Source of the DNA: an uncultured Gammaproteobacteria bacterium
GTDB lineage: Bacteria; Pseudomonadota; Gammaproteobacteria; Xanthomonadales; SZUA-36
Reading direction: 5' to 3'
Assembly (NCBI GenBank): GCA_942491555.1
Contig: CALOBN010000006.1
Span: 128,505-192,504 of the forward strand
Length of the DNA: 64,000 nucleotides
In this document: piece by piece, positions 48,330 through 57,293 of the stretch
Layout: each line of letters starts with the position of its first letter
How positions within the stretch are numbered: the stretch's first letter is position 1
The notes under the pieces: model-generated
Database searches by the model: none
The model's input: only the letters and a program-made list of their open reading frames with translations
Told to the model about the DNA's origin: nothing
Program-made: the position numbers and the translations under genes

Positions 48330-49643
48330 TCAGCCGTAAAGCGACTTCCAGCGCTGGTCGTCCCGCAGCACAGCCAGCCGGGGGTCAACTTTGGCGCCGT
48401 AAAACCAGGGGCATTGCTCGACGCGTGCTTCATTCAGCAAAGACAATGCCTCGTCAGTTCTGCCCAGGGCCACAAGTGCGGGCGCCATGATCGGACGCGG
48501 ACACCGTGGCAGCTGAGCGCTGTAGGCCTTCTCGAGCAGGTCGGCGGCTTCGTCCGTCTTGCCGCAGACCGCCAGAGGCCAGGCCACAAAGGCCCTGGTA
48601 GCGGGTATATCCGGCGCCAGGGCCAACGCTTTGTGTGCAAATTCCAGCGCCTGCGGATAGTCGCCGAGCGTGGCGAGGAAAATGCTGATAAACGCGTGGG
48701 CAAGATCTTCCTTCGGGTGGTGTTCCAGAATCTGGCGTTCGAAATCCAGGGCCTCATTGACCCTGCCCGCGAGAAACAGGGTGATATCGTGCACTGCAGA
48801 ATTATACCGGGAGTGCGGATCCAGTCCGACGGCGCGGGCGGCGGACGCTAGCGCCGCTTGCAGATTGCCCTCGGCGCGGTGAACCAGGGCCTCATAGGCG
48901 TAGCTGCGCGAATACCCGGGATCGAGACGCTGTGCGTGAGCGAGAGATTTCTTTCCCGTCTCCATCTCGCCTTGTTGCAGCGCCTCGAACAAGCCACGCA
49001 CACCCAGGGCCTGGACGATGTTGGGGTCTATGCTTTGCGCCGCATGGCAGGCATCGAGGCCCACCCGTAAACCCTCCTGTGGCTGGATGAACCCCCGAAA
49101 GCACTGGATCATGCTCACTTCGGCTATGGCCGCGTGCGCTGCGGCGTAATCCGGGTCGACTCGCACAGACTCTCTGAACCAATGGAGGGCCCGTTCCATG
49201 GAGTCCGGATCGGGGTAATTGGCAGCGGCCAGTCCTGCCTGAAAGTGCGAATAAGCCTGTGGTTTGGTTTGAATCGTACTTTCCAGTGCCGACCGGTGGG
49301 AGCTCATCCATGAACGGTCGGCCGGAACCACCAGTCTATACCCCCGCTTCGGAATGGTCCTGATGTATTCGCGCCCTTCAGGTTTCAGGGCATTTCGCAA
49401 TGAATAGACGCAACGGACCAGGGATTGGTAGCCGACCGACTGACGCGGCCAGAGATGACGATAGATGGTTTCGTGTTCAACGACCTCACCGTGGTTGAGA
49501 GCCAGCAATTCCAGCAGCGCCATTTCTTTGGGAGGTAAGTGAACTTCACGATCATCGCGCCACAACCCAACGCCGACTTTCAGTCGGAAGGGTCCAAATT
49601 GTTGATGGACGTCTGTGGACATCGGATGCACCGGCGAACCCAT
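48330..49643 (-). CDS. winged-helix (OmpR/CadC-type DNA-binding domain) transcriptional regulator fused to TPR repeats
   Basis: ATG 49643. FGPFRLKVG...REVHLPPKEMALLELLALNHGEVVEHETIYRHLWP...IRTIPKRGYRLV is a trans_reg_C wHTH domain, followed by about 300 aa of TPR. No TM segment. Confidence 0.8.
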   Translation of the reverse strand: MGSPVHPMSTDVHQQFGPFRLKVGVGLWRDDREVHLPPKEMALLELLALNHGEVVEHETIYRHLWPRQSVGYQSLVRCVYSLRNALKPEGREYIRTIPKRGYRLVVPADRSWMSSHRSALESTIQTKPQAYSHFQAGLAAANYPDPDSMERALHWFRESVRVDPDYAAAHAAIAEVSMIQCFRGFIQPQEGLRVGLDACHAAQSIDPNIVQALGVRGLFEALQQGEMETGKKSLAHAQRLDPGYSRSYAYEALVHRAEGNLQAALASAARAVGLDPHSRYNSAVHDITLFLAGRVNEALDFERQILEHHPKEDLAHAFISIFLATLGDYPQALEFAHKALALAPDIPATRAFVAWPLAVCGKTDEAADLLEKAYSAQLPRCPRPIMAPALVALGRTDEALSLLNEARVEQCPWFYGAKVDPRLAVLRDDQRWKSLYG

Positions 49644-49815
49644 TGGTGTCAGGGCAGTATCAAAGCGCTTTTTGCGCGAATCAATGGATCATAGCATCGC
49701 CGCCCATTCAGCTGGATCATTACCCCTGCCCCTTTCCGCCTGGAGGTCACCACTTTCACAATACACCCGTGATCGGGGTTCTCTGTACAGTTGGTTGTAA
49801 CGCAAATATGCGTCG

Positions 49816-49850
49816 TGATGGAAAATTTACTGGGCTAATATGATGATCGT
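49816..49850 (-). promoter_or_regulatory. split/degenerate copy of the 20-bp box in the regulator-cls divergent region
   Basis: The minus strand reads TCATCATATT[agcccagtaa]ATTTTCCATCA, i.e. both halves of the box separated by about 10 nt. It lies 173 nt upstream of regulator ATG 49643. Confidence 0.3.
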
Positions 49851-49939
49851 TTTATCCTGACCTAAGTGAAACTCGTGAGAAAAATCAGAAGAAAAACCCC
49901 GGTCACATGGATTGCTTTGGCCTTCTGTGTGATCAGCAA

Positions 49940-51403
49940 ATGACCGGGAACAACGAAATACCCGTTCCGAAGAAGCGCAAAAGGCGCCGGATAATTTCAG
50001 CAATTATTATCCTTTTTCACGTTCTGGGCCTGTTGTCTTCGATTGACGCCATCATGAGCACGCGCACCGAACAGGGCGCCGTCGCATGGGCGGTTTCGTT
50101 GAACACGATCCCCTACGTGGCGGTGCCGGCGTACTGGGTACTGGGAAGAAGCAGGTTCCAGGGTTACGTCAGCGCGCGGCAGGACGAGATGGAGGAGATC
50201 GCCGGACTGGAACAGGCGGCCATCGAGCAGGCTCTCGACTACGCTCTGCCGATGGATCAGATCAGCCCTGCTGCCCGGGCGGCGGTCGGCCTCGCGGGCC
50301 TGCCGTATCTGCGCGGCAACTCCCTGGAGCTTCTGATCGATGGCGACAACACCTTTGCCAGCCTTCTCAAGGGAATCGATGCCGCCGAAGAGTACATCCT
50401 TTTCCAGTTCTTCATCGTCAAAGACGACGAGATCGGGCGACAGGTCAAAGCACACCTTGTCAAAAAGGCTCAGGCCGGGGTGCGGGTTTTTTTCCTCTAC
50501 GACGAGATGGGCAGCCATGACCTTCCCCAGGCTTACATGGATGATCTGCGTCAGGCCGGTGTCGAGGTCTACAACTTCCATAGCCAGAAAGGGCCCGGTA
50601 ACCGGTTCCAGATCAACTTCCGCAACCACCGCAAGATCGTGGTGGTGGACGGCAAGGAGGCATGGGTCGGCGGCCTTAACGTGGGCGACGAGTACCTGGG
50701 CCGTGATCCGAAGTTCGGTCATTGGCGTGACACTCATATGCGGATCGAGGGCCCGGCAGCACTCGGTGCTCAGCTCTCATTCGCTGAGGACTGGTATTGG
50801 GCGAGCGAACACTGGCTGGATCTGTCGTGGAATCCGGTGCCCTCCGGGGACGGTGATATCCCGGTCCTGATCCTTCCCACCGGCCCAGCCGACGAACTCG
50901 AGACCGCCAATCTGATGTTCGTGCATGCGATCAACAGCGCGCAGGAACGTATCTGGATTGCCAGCCCCTATTTCGTCCCCGACCGGCCCGTGATCACCGC
51001 GCTCCAGCTCGCCGGCCTGCGCGGGGTCGATGTACGAATCCTGATCCCCGACACACCTGACCACCTTGCAACCTGGCTGGCCGCCTTTTCATACTTCGAC
51101 GAGTCCGCCAGCACCGGCGTCGACTTCTACCGCTACCAGGACGGCTTCCTGCACCAGAAAGTGATGCTGGTCGACGACGAGGTTTCCACCGTCGGCACGG
51201 CCAACTTCGACAACCGCTCCTTCCGTCTCAACTTCGAGATCACCGCGCTGATCGAAGATGGCGATTTCGCGGCCGAGATCGAGCACATGCTCGAGGCCGA
51301 CTTCGCCAGGTCAAGGCTGATGCAGCCCGGCGAGTATGACAACAAGCCGTGGTGGTTCCGCTTCGCGGTCAAACTCGCGCGGCTGACGGCACCGATTCAG
51401 TGA
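49940..51403 (+). CDS. cls: cardiolipin synthase
   Basis: ORF 49907..51403; ATG 49940. N-terminal TM helices and two HKD motifs, NHRKIVVVDG...GGLNVGDEY and LHQKVMLVDD...GTANFDNRSF. Confidence 0.9.
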   Translation: MTGNNEIPVPKKRKRRRIISAIIILFHVLGLLSSIDAIMSTRTEQGAVAWAVSLNTIPYVAVPAYWVLGRSRFQGYVSARQDEMEEIAGLEQAAIEQALDYALPMDQISPAARAAVGLAGLPYLRGNSLELLIDGDNTFASLLKGIDAAEEYILFQFFIVKDDEIGRQVKAHLVKKAQAGVRVFFLYDEMGSHDLPQAYMDDLRQAGVEVYNFHSQKGPGNRFQINFRNHRKIVVVDGKEAWVGGLNVGDEYLGRDPKFGHWRDTHMRIEGPAALGAQLSFAEDWYWASEHWLDLSWNPVPSGDGDIPVLILPTGPADELETANLMFVHAINSAQERIWIASPYFVPDRPVITALQLAGLRGVDVRILIPDTPDHLATWLAAFSYFDESASTGVDFYRYQDGFLHQKVMLVDDEVSTVGTANFDNRSFRLNFEITALIEDGDFAAEIEHMLEADFARSRLMQPGEYDNKPWWFRFAVKLARLTAPIQ

Positions 51404-51583
51404 ACTCATGCCGGGTTGAAACGGCCATATTGCCCAGGATGCTGTCCGTGGCGGCGGAGGGGCTTGCGATTCCGGCCACGGGTATTCAAACTCCGGTGAT
51501 GAACTCGCCGTCAGAAGAATCACCGGCGCCATCGACAGGGTTCGGGTCACTCGCCTGGCTGCGCCCCGTAACGGGCAAACGCC

Positions 51584-52627
51584 ATGACCGCTGAAGCCAC
51601 GCAGCGCGCATTCTTCAGCATTCTGCTGCTGATCGTCACGCTCGCTTTCTTCTGGGTGATTGGCGGATTCATTCAGCCGATCTTCTGGGCGACTGTGCTC
51701 GGGATCGTTTTCTTCCCGGCCTACAACTCCATCAAGGGTCGGTTGGGAGGACGCGAGACCGTCGCATCTGGCGTGACGCTCGTCGTCGTTTTGCTTGTCG
51801 CGATTATCCCCATTACGTGGATCGTTTCGGTCGTCGCCAGCCAGGCCGCCGGGTTGTACGTCAATATCCGCAGCGGCGAAATCGATGTCGGCGCCGTTTT
51901 CGACTGGTTCAATGCGAAACTCCCCGTCGTGGTGTCATGGCTCGAATCGATGGGCATTGACGCCGAGAAAATGCGTGCCATGGCATCGTCGTTCGGCCTG
52001 CGGGTGAGCCAGTTCCTGGCCAACATCCTGGTGGGCTTTGGCCAGAACATCGTGCGGTTCTCGCTCATGTTCACGCTGATGCTCTACATCCTGTTTTTCG
52101 TGTTCCGTGACGGCCAACGCATTCTCGACGCAGCGATCCTGGCCGTTCCGCTCGACGAAGACAAGAAGCAGGAGTTGCTCATGCGCTTTGCCGAGGTTTC
52201 ACGTGCGACGATAAAGGGCACAGCCATCATTGGCGTCGTCCAGGGAGGGATCGGCGGCATCGCCTTCGCGGCGCTTGGTATTCCCTCGGCGGCGCTCTGG
52301 GGTGTGCTCATGGTGCTCCTGAGCGTCGTGCCCGCCGTTGGCCCAGCCCTGGTGTGGATGCCGGCCACTCTTTACTTTTTCGCAGTCGGGCAGTATGTCC
52401 AGGGTGCCATCCTGCTCATTGTCGGCGGTGTTTTCATCAGCTTGGCGGACAACGTGCTGCGCCCGGTTCTTGTCGGCCGCGACACGCGTATGCCCGACTA
52501 CCTGGTGCTCGTTTCTACCCTCGGGGGGCTCCTCCTGTTCGGGCTCGCCGGTGTAGTCATCGGCCCGATGATTGCTGCCTTGTTCATCTCTGTCTGGGGC
52601 ATGGCAGCGAAGGAATACGGAGAATGA
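51584..52627 (+). CDS. AI-2E family transporter (PerM/UPF0118)
   Basis: ATG 51584; 347 aa with about 8 TM helices. The C-terminal LADNVLRPVLVG block is typical of the family. Stop at 52625-27, and the next gene's ATG is at 52629. Confidence 0.85.
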   Translation: MTAEATQRAFFSILLLIVTLAFFWVIGGFIQPIFWATVLGIVFFPAYNSIKGRLGGRETVASGVTLVVVLLVAIIPITWIVSVVASQAAGLYVNIRSGEIDVGAVFDWFNAKLPVVVSWLESMGIDAEKMRAMASSFGLRVSQFLANILVGFGQNIVRFSLMFTLMLYILFFVFRDGQRILDAAILAVPLDEDKKQELLMRFAEVSRATIKGTAIIGVVQGGIGGIAFAALGIPSAALWGVLMVLLSVVPAVGPALVWMPATLYFFAVGQYVQGAILLIVGGVFISLADNVLRPVLVGRDTRMPDYLVLVSTLGGLLLFGLAGVVIGPMIAALFISVWGMAAKEYGE

Positions 52628-52628
52628 A

Positions 52629-54509
52629 ATGTCGAAAGTGAATAACCAACCAAAAGAAAGAAATGACGGGCACCCATCGATGGCATGGGCCCTGGTGCTG
52701 GCCGGATTGATGGCGTTCGTGCTCCAGGCCTGTGAAAAGAGCGTCGCACCGACCTGCGAAGGAGACACCATGACCGATAACAATTGCCCTGAACCCGGAG
52801 CGGTCGACGACCCCTTCATTACGGAACTGGCGAAACGACGCCAGTGGTACGATTCCCGGGAACTCGGAGAGGTCGGAATCGAACCCGCCGAAGTGGCACG
52901 CACGTTCGATTTGCCAGTCAGTAACGCGGTCGGGAAGGTGATTCCGCCCACGGACGACGGCTCCCAGGATTCTCTCGCGCTGAAGATCTGGATGATCGAG
53001 CAGGCGCGCCATACGGTGGATGCGATCTACTACATCTACAAAGACGATCTTGCCGGACAGGCGGTGCTGGGCGCCTTGTGCGACGCCGTGATTCGTGGCG
53101 TGGACGTTCGCCTCGTCGTTGATGCAGTGGGGTCCTTCAGCTTTCCAAAGTCGGCCCTGAGGATGCTGGATGCCTGTGAGGAAGACGCCGGGTACATCAG
53201 GAATGCCGAGGGCCAGCCGACGCGACAACGTGCGCGCGTCCAGGTTGCCGTCTTCAATGCGCTGACCAACCTGTCCGCCAGCCCCAACCGTCGCTCACAT
53301 GACAAGCTGCTGATTACGGACGGGGACTTTGCAGACAAAGCACTGCTTATCACGGGGGGACGGAACATTGCCCTCGACTACTACGGGCTCACCGAAACCG
53401 GTGAGTTCGACCCCCGGACCTATCGCGATGTGGAGCTGCTGTTACGTCCCGCCGACACTCCCGGGAAAGACGATATCGGCGTATTGACCAGTGGATACTT
53501 CGGCGCGCTGTTCCTGTTCAAGGGCAATGACCTGCTCGAGGCGCACCACAGTAAGCCCGCCCGGGCAAGGTACCGTTCGAAGCGGACCCACGCGAGCGAG
53601 GCGCTGGCAAAACTCAAGCAGTTTCCAGCGATGCGGGAACGGTTCGCGAAAATGCCTGAGTACACGAGCGAGGGCTTCGTGGAGACCGGGGTCCGGCTGG
53701 TAGAACAGTTGTCGCATGTCGTCGACAAGCGGGTTGTACGCAATGCGGTGGACAACTATCTGAACAGCCCCAACTCCGTCCTGTTCGTTCTCAATGAGGT
53801 CCTGAGCCAGACATCCGCCGGCGGGCAATCGCGTATCTGCTCGCCCTACCTCTTTCTGGCGCGCTACGAGGACTCGGACGGCCAGGTCGTCGTAGACGAA
53901 GCGGAGGCGATCCGGGCGTACATCGAAGCGAATCCGGATGCCGAGATCGAAATTATGACCAATTCGGCGATGACCTCGGACAACTTTCCGGCACAGTCCG
54001 TCATCGACTTCGACACGGCGCCGCGACTGCTCCTGGATGAAGAACTGCGCCAGCGCTGGCTGGACCTGGGATCAGAAGACGAAACGCTTGCCGAGTTAAC
54101 CAACAGCGACGCCTGGAAGCAGCAGGTCAACCATCCGCGAATACGCATCTACCAGACCGGCCTTAACGACTCCGACCTGTTCCCGGGGGGAACAGAGACT
54201 TATGGCAAGCTGCATGCCAAGTTCTGGCAAGCCGAACCCTACGGATTCATCGGCACGACCAACTTCGACTACCGATCGAGGTTGTACAACAGCGAGATGG
54301 GCTACTTCTTCGAAGCCGAGCCGCTGGCGGAAGATCTGAATACCGTGTTCGAGGAACTGAAATCGCAGTCCTACCGCTGGGGTTCTCCGGAGTGGCTGCA
54401 AATGCGCGAGAACATGAAAGCCGCGGGTGGGATTAAAGGCCAGACGCTGCGCCGGCAGCGAGCCATATTCAAAACTTTGCGGGCCACCGGGCTCGAATGG
54501 GAGTTTTGA
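52629..54509 (+). CDS. phospholipase D (HKD) family lipoprotein, paralog A
   Basis: ORF 52572..54509; ATG 52629. Lipobox-like FVLQAC. HKD-1 RRSHDKLLITDG...ITGGRNIALDY and HKD-2 GKLHAKFWQAE...GTTNFDYRS. Confidence 0.85.
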   Translation: MSKVNNQPKERNDGHPSMAWALVLAGLMAFVLQACEKSVAPTCEGDTMTDNNCPEPGAVDDPFITELAKRRQWYDSRELGEVGIEPAEVARTFDLPVSNAVGKVIPPTDDGSQDSLALKIWMIEQARHTVDAIYYIYKDDLAGQAVLGALCDAVIRGVDVRLVVDAVGSFSFPKSALRMLDACEEDAGYIRNAEGQPTRQRARVQVAVFNALTNLSASPNRRSHDKLLITDGDFADKALLITGGRNIALDYYGLTETGEFDPRTYRDVELLLRPADTPGKDDIGVLTSGYFGALFLFKGNDLLEAHHSKPARARYRSKRTHASEALAKLKQFPAMRERFAKMPEYTSEGFVETGVRLVEQLSHVVDKRVVRNAVDNYLNSPNSVLFVLNEVLSQTSAGGQSRICSPYLFLARYEDSDGQVVVDEAEAIRAYIEANPDAEIEIMTNSAMTSDNFPAQSVIDFDTAPRLLLDEELRQRWLDLGSEDETLAELTNSDAWKQQVNHPRIRIYQTGLNDSDLFPGGTETYGKLHAKFWQAEPYGFIGTTNFDYRSRLYNSEMGYFFEAEPLAEDLNTVFEELKSQSYRWGSPEWLQMRENMKAAGGIKGQTLRRQRAIFKTLRATGLEWEF

Positions 54510-54587
54510 CCTGTTATCAGAGCCCCCGTCCGGGCCGTGATTCGCCCCAATCGTGCCCCGAACCGCAACCTGGCTTGCCTGCGCAGA

Positions 54588-55187
54588 TCAGTCTGATGGC
54601 CGTACCAGATCTGAGATGGTGTCCATCTGCTCGCCCCAGGTCGCGTAGCACCCGGCCCAGGCGCCGGTTTCGCAGGTTTTCTTGCCTTCGCGTTTAAGTG
54701 CGAAGATACGCTGTGGGCTTATTCCGGCGCTCGCATAGGCTTCAAAATCGGAGCTGGAGTCGCCGTAGGCGGCGACGAAGTCACAGCCGCCCGCTTCATA
54801 GGACTCCAGCACACGTTCTTTGAACGCGGCGTGATCCTTCCGGTCGTCGCGCGATTCGGTCAGGTGCAGCCTGCCCGGCGGAAATTCGTTCTCGTCGAGC
54901 CAATCGCGAATACCTCCCCGCAACCCCCGAATTCGGGCGCTAAGGTAGACGATAAGGTATCCCGAATCGGCAAACGCACGAACAGCGGTTGCAGCGCCCT
55001 CCCGAGCGGTCTTAATGGACAGGACATCCGGCGTAAGGGTTCCGTCGATGTCAAACACCACGCATTCTGACTGCACAGCCGTTGCCAGCTCCGGCTGGTC
55101 GACGCTGCGGATTATCGCTACGCCCACCATGAGCAAAAGCATAAAGAGTAACAGCCAGCCCACTGCCGGAATTTTTATGGTGTGCAT
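54588..55187 (-). CDS. membrane-anchored LNS2 (lipin/Ned1/Smp2)-like DxDxT phosphatase
   Basis: ORF 54588..55331; ATG 55187 (MHTIKIPAVGWLLLFMLLLMVGVAII TM anchor). VVFDIDGTLT (lipin catalytic DIDGT), GYLIVYLSAR, FPPGRL and AAYGDSSSDFEAYASAGISPQRIFAL are collinear with LNS2 blocks. Confidence 0.7.
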   Translation of the reverse strand: MHTIKIPAVGWLLLFMLLLMVGVAIIRSVDQPELATAVQSECVVFDIDGTLTPDVLSIKTAREGAATAVRAFADSGYLIVYLSARIRGLRGGIRDWLDENEFPPGRLHLTESRDDRKDHAAFKERVLESYEAGGCDFVAAYGDSSSDFEAYASAGISPQRIFALKREGKKTCETGAWAGCYATWGEQMDTISDLVRPSD

Positions 55188-55302
55188 GACCCCGGGCCCG
55201 ACCCGCACTGCAGGCGCCGACGGACAAACACGGCCGTCGGGTGCGGTACGGGCCTGCCGAAAAATATCATGGCAAGGCGTCGACCTGCCAATTCCGCCGG
55301 AT

Positions 55303-57183
55303 TCAGAATTGCCATTGGAGCCCCGTGGCACGCAAGGTCTTGAATATGGTGCGCTGCTTGCGCAGCGTCCATCCTTTCATACCATCCAGCTCCATCAGAT
55401 TTTTGCGCATTTGCAGCCATTCCGGTGAACCCCAGCGGTAGGACCGCGATTTCAGTTCCTCGAACACGGAACCCAGGTCTTCGGCCAGCGGCCCGGCGTG
55501 GAAGAAATAGCCCATTTCGCTGTTATACAGCCGTGAGCGGTAGTCGAAGTTGGTCGTGCCGACAAATCCGTAAGGCTCGGCCACCCAGAACTTGGCATGC
55601 AGCTTGCCGTAAGTCTGGGTACCGCCCGGGAACAGGTCAGAGTCATTAAGACCCGTCTGGTAGATGCGTATTCGCGGGTGGTTCACCTGTCGCCGCCACT
55701 CGTCGCTGCTGGTCAGCTCGGCGGTCGTTTCATCCTCCGATTTCAGATCCAGCCAACGCTCCTGCAATTCCGGATCGAGCAGCAGGCGGGGCGCCATGTC
55801 GAAATCGATGACGGACTGAGCCGGAAAGTTGTCGGACGTCAATGCAGAATTCGTCACAATCTCGATCTCGGCATCCGGGTTTGAATCGATATAGGCCCGA
55901 ATCGAGGCTGCCTCGTCGAGGATCACCGTGCCATCGGAGTCCTCGTAGCGCGCCAGAAACAGGTAGGGCGAGCAGATGCGCGAGTTTCCGGCAGCGTCCG
56001 TTCTGTCCAGGATTTCATTCAGGACGAAAAGCACGGAATTGGGACTACGCTGGAGGTTCACGATTGCGTCGCGCACGACGCGCTTGTCGACTACGTTCGA
56101 CATTTGCTGGGCCAGCAGAACGTCCGCCGGCAAAAAACCCTCGGACATGAAATCCGGAATCTCTGCGAAGCGTTGCTGCATTATCGGGAAGCTTTTCAGT
56201 TTCGCCAACGCCTCACGTGCCCGGGCGCGCTCCGATTGGTAAATGATGCGGGCATTATCGGTATTGACCGCCTCGAGCAGGCGGTTAGCCTTGAACAGGA
56301 ACAGCAGGCTGAAGTACCCACTGGTCAGGTCCCCGACACCTTGCTCATCGGGAACCTCTACGGGCCGCAACAATATTTCGAGATCGCGGTAGGCCTTGGG
56401 ATCAAATTCGCCGTCTTCGGTGAGCCCGTAGTAGTCGAGCGCGATGTTCCGCCCTCCCGTGATGAGGTATGCCTGCTCCCCGAATTGCCCATCCGTAATC
56501 AGCAACTTGTCGTGGGAACGGCGATTGGGGCTGGCGGAAAAATTGGTCAGCGCGTTGAACACAACGACCTGGACGCGGGCACGTTGCCGGGTCGGAAGGC
56601 CCTCGGCGTTCGTCATGTATCCGGCGTCCTCCTCGCAGGAGTCCAGCATTCTGAGCGCGGGCTTTGGAAAACTGAATGAACCGCCTGCGTCGACAATCAG
56701 GCGGACGTCTACGCCGCGAATCACTGCATCGCAAAGCGCGCCCAGCACGGCATAACCGGCGAGGTCGTCACTGAAAATATAGTAGGCCGCGTCCACGGTA
56801 TGACGTGCCTGCTCGATCATCCAGATCTTCAGCGCCAGCGAGTCAAGTGCTCCGGTATCGGTCGGCGGCACCAGTTTACCGACGGCGTTCTGTATCGGAG
56901 TTTCGTATGTCCGGGCCGTTTCCGTGGGCTCAATCTCGAGCTCGCGGAGGTCCCGGGACGAATACCACTGGCGTCGGTCGAGCAGTTCCGAGATGAATGC
57001 ATCGTCTACCGCGCCCGGTGCGGGGCAACTGGCCGCGGGCAATGTACCTGCTTCGCAGGACGGTGCGGGCGTCGTGGCACAGGCTTGCAACAAAACCGCC
57101 ACGACCCCGGCCAGGAACACGGCAAGCAGTTTCTTCAGAGGGCTGATGATGCTGTCCTCAGGTTGGCGCGTTGGATGTGGCAT
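55303..57183 (-). CDS. phospholipase D (HKD) family lipoprotein, paralog B
   Basis: ORF 55303..57288; ATG 57183 (or 57222). Lipobox-like VLLQAC. The same two HKD blocks as paralog A (RRSHDKLLITDG, GKLHAKFWVAE...GTTNFDYRS). High aa identity to A by eye; the last 150 nt are about 80% identical. Confidence 0.85.
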   Translation of the reverse strand: MPHPTRQPEDSIISPLKKLLAVFLAGVVAVLLQACATTPAPSCEAGTLPAASCPAPGAVDDAFISELLDRRQWYSSRDLRELEIEPTETARTYETPIQNAVGKLVPPTDTGALDSLALKIWMIEQARHTVDAAYYIFSDDLAGYAVLGALCDAVIRGVDVRLIVDAGGSFSFPKPALRMLDSCEEDAGYMTNAEGLPTRQRARVQVVVFNALTNFSASPNRRSHDKLLITDGQFGEQAYLITGGRNIALDYYGLTEDGEFDPKAYRDLEILLRPVEVPDEQGVGDLTSGYFSLLFLFKANRLLEAVNTDNARIIYQSERARAREALAKLKSFPIMQQRFAEIPDFMSEGFLPADVLLAQQMSNVVDKRVVRDAIVNLQRSPNSVLFVLNEILDRTDAAGNSRICSPYLFLARYEDSDGTVILDEAASIRAYIDSNPDAEIEIVTNSALTSDNFPAQSVIDFDMAPRLLLDPELQERWLDLKSEDETTAELTSSDEWRRQVNHPRIRIYQTGLNDSDLFPGGTQTYGKLHAKFWVAEPYGFVGTTNFDYRSRLYNSEMGYFFHAGPLAEDLGSVFEELKSRSYRWGSPEWLQMRKNLMELDGMKGWTLRKQRTIFKTLRATGLQWQF

Positions 57184-57293
57184 CTGCTTATCCTGCCCGA
57201 TCAGGCTGTAATTTTCGATCATCTCGCACCTAAGATATTCATTATTCCGTATCCCCGGGTTAGCTACCTGGGGGCCTATCATGCGCACCGTGA

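Noticed and set aside
49783-49801. Pho-box-like CTGTACA-N-TTGTAAC upstream of cls
   Set aside because: Only about 4/7 matches per half-site to CTGTCAT, and the spacing is 12 rather than 11 nt. That is too weak to claim PhoB control of the lipid cluster.
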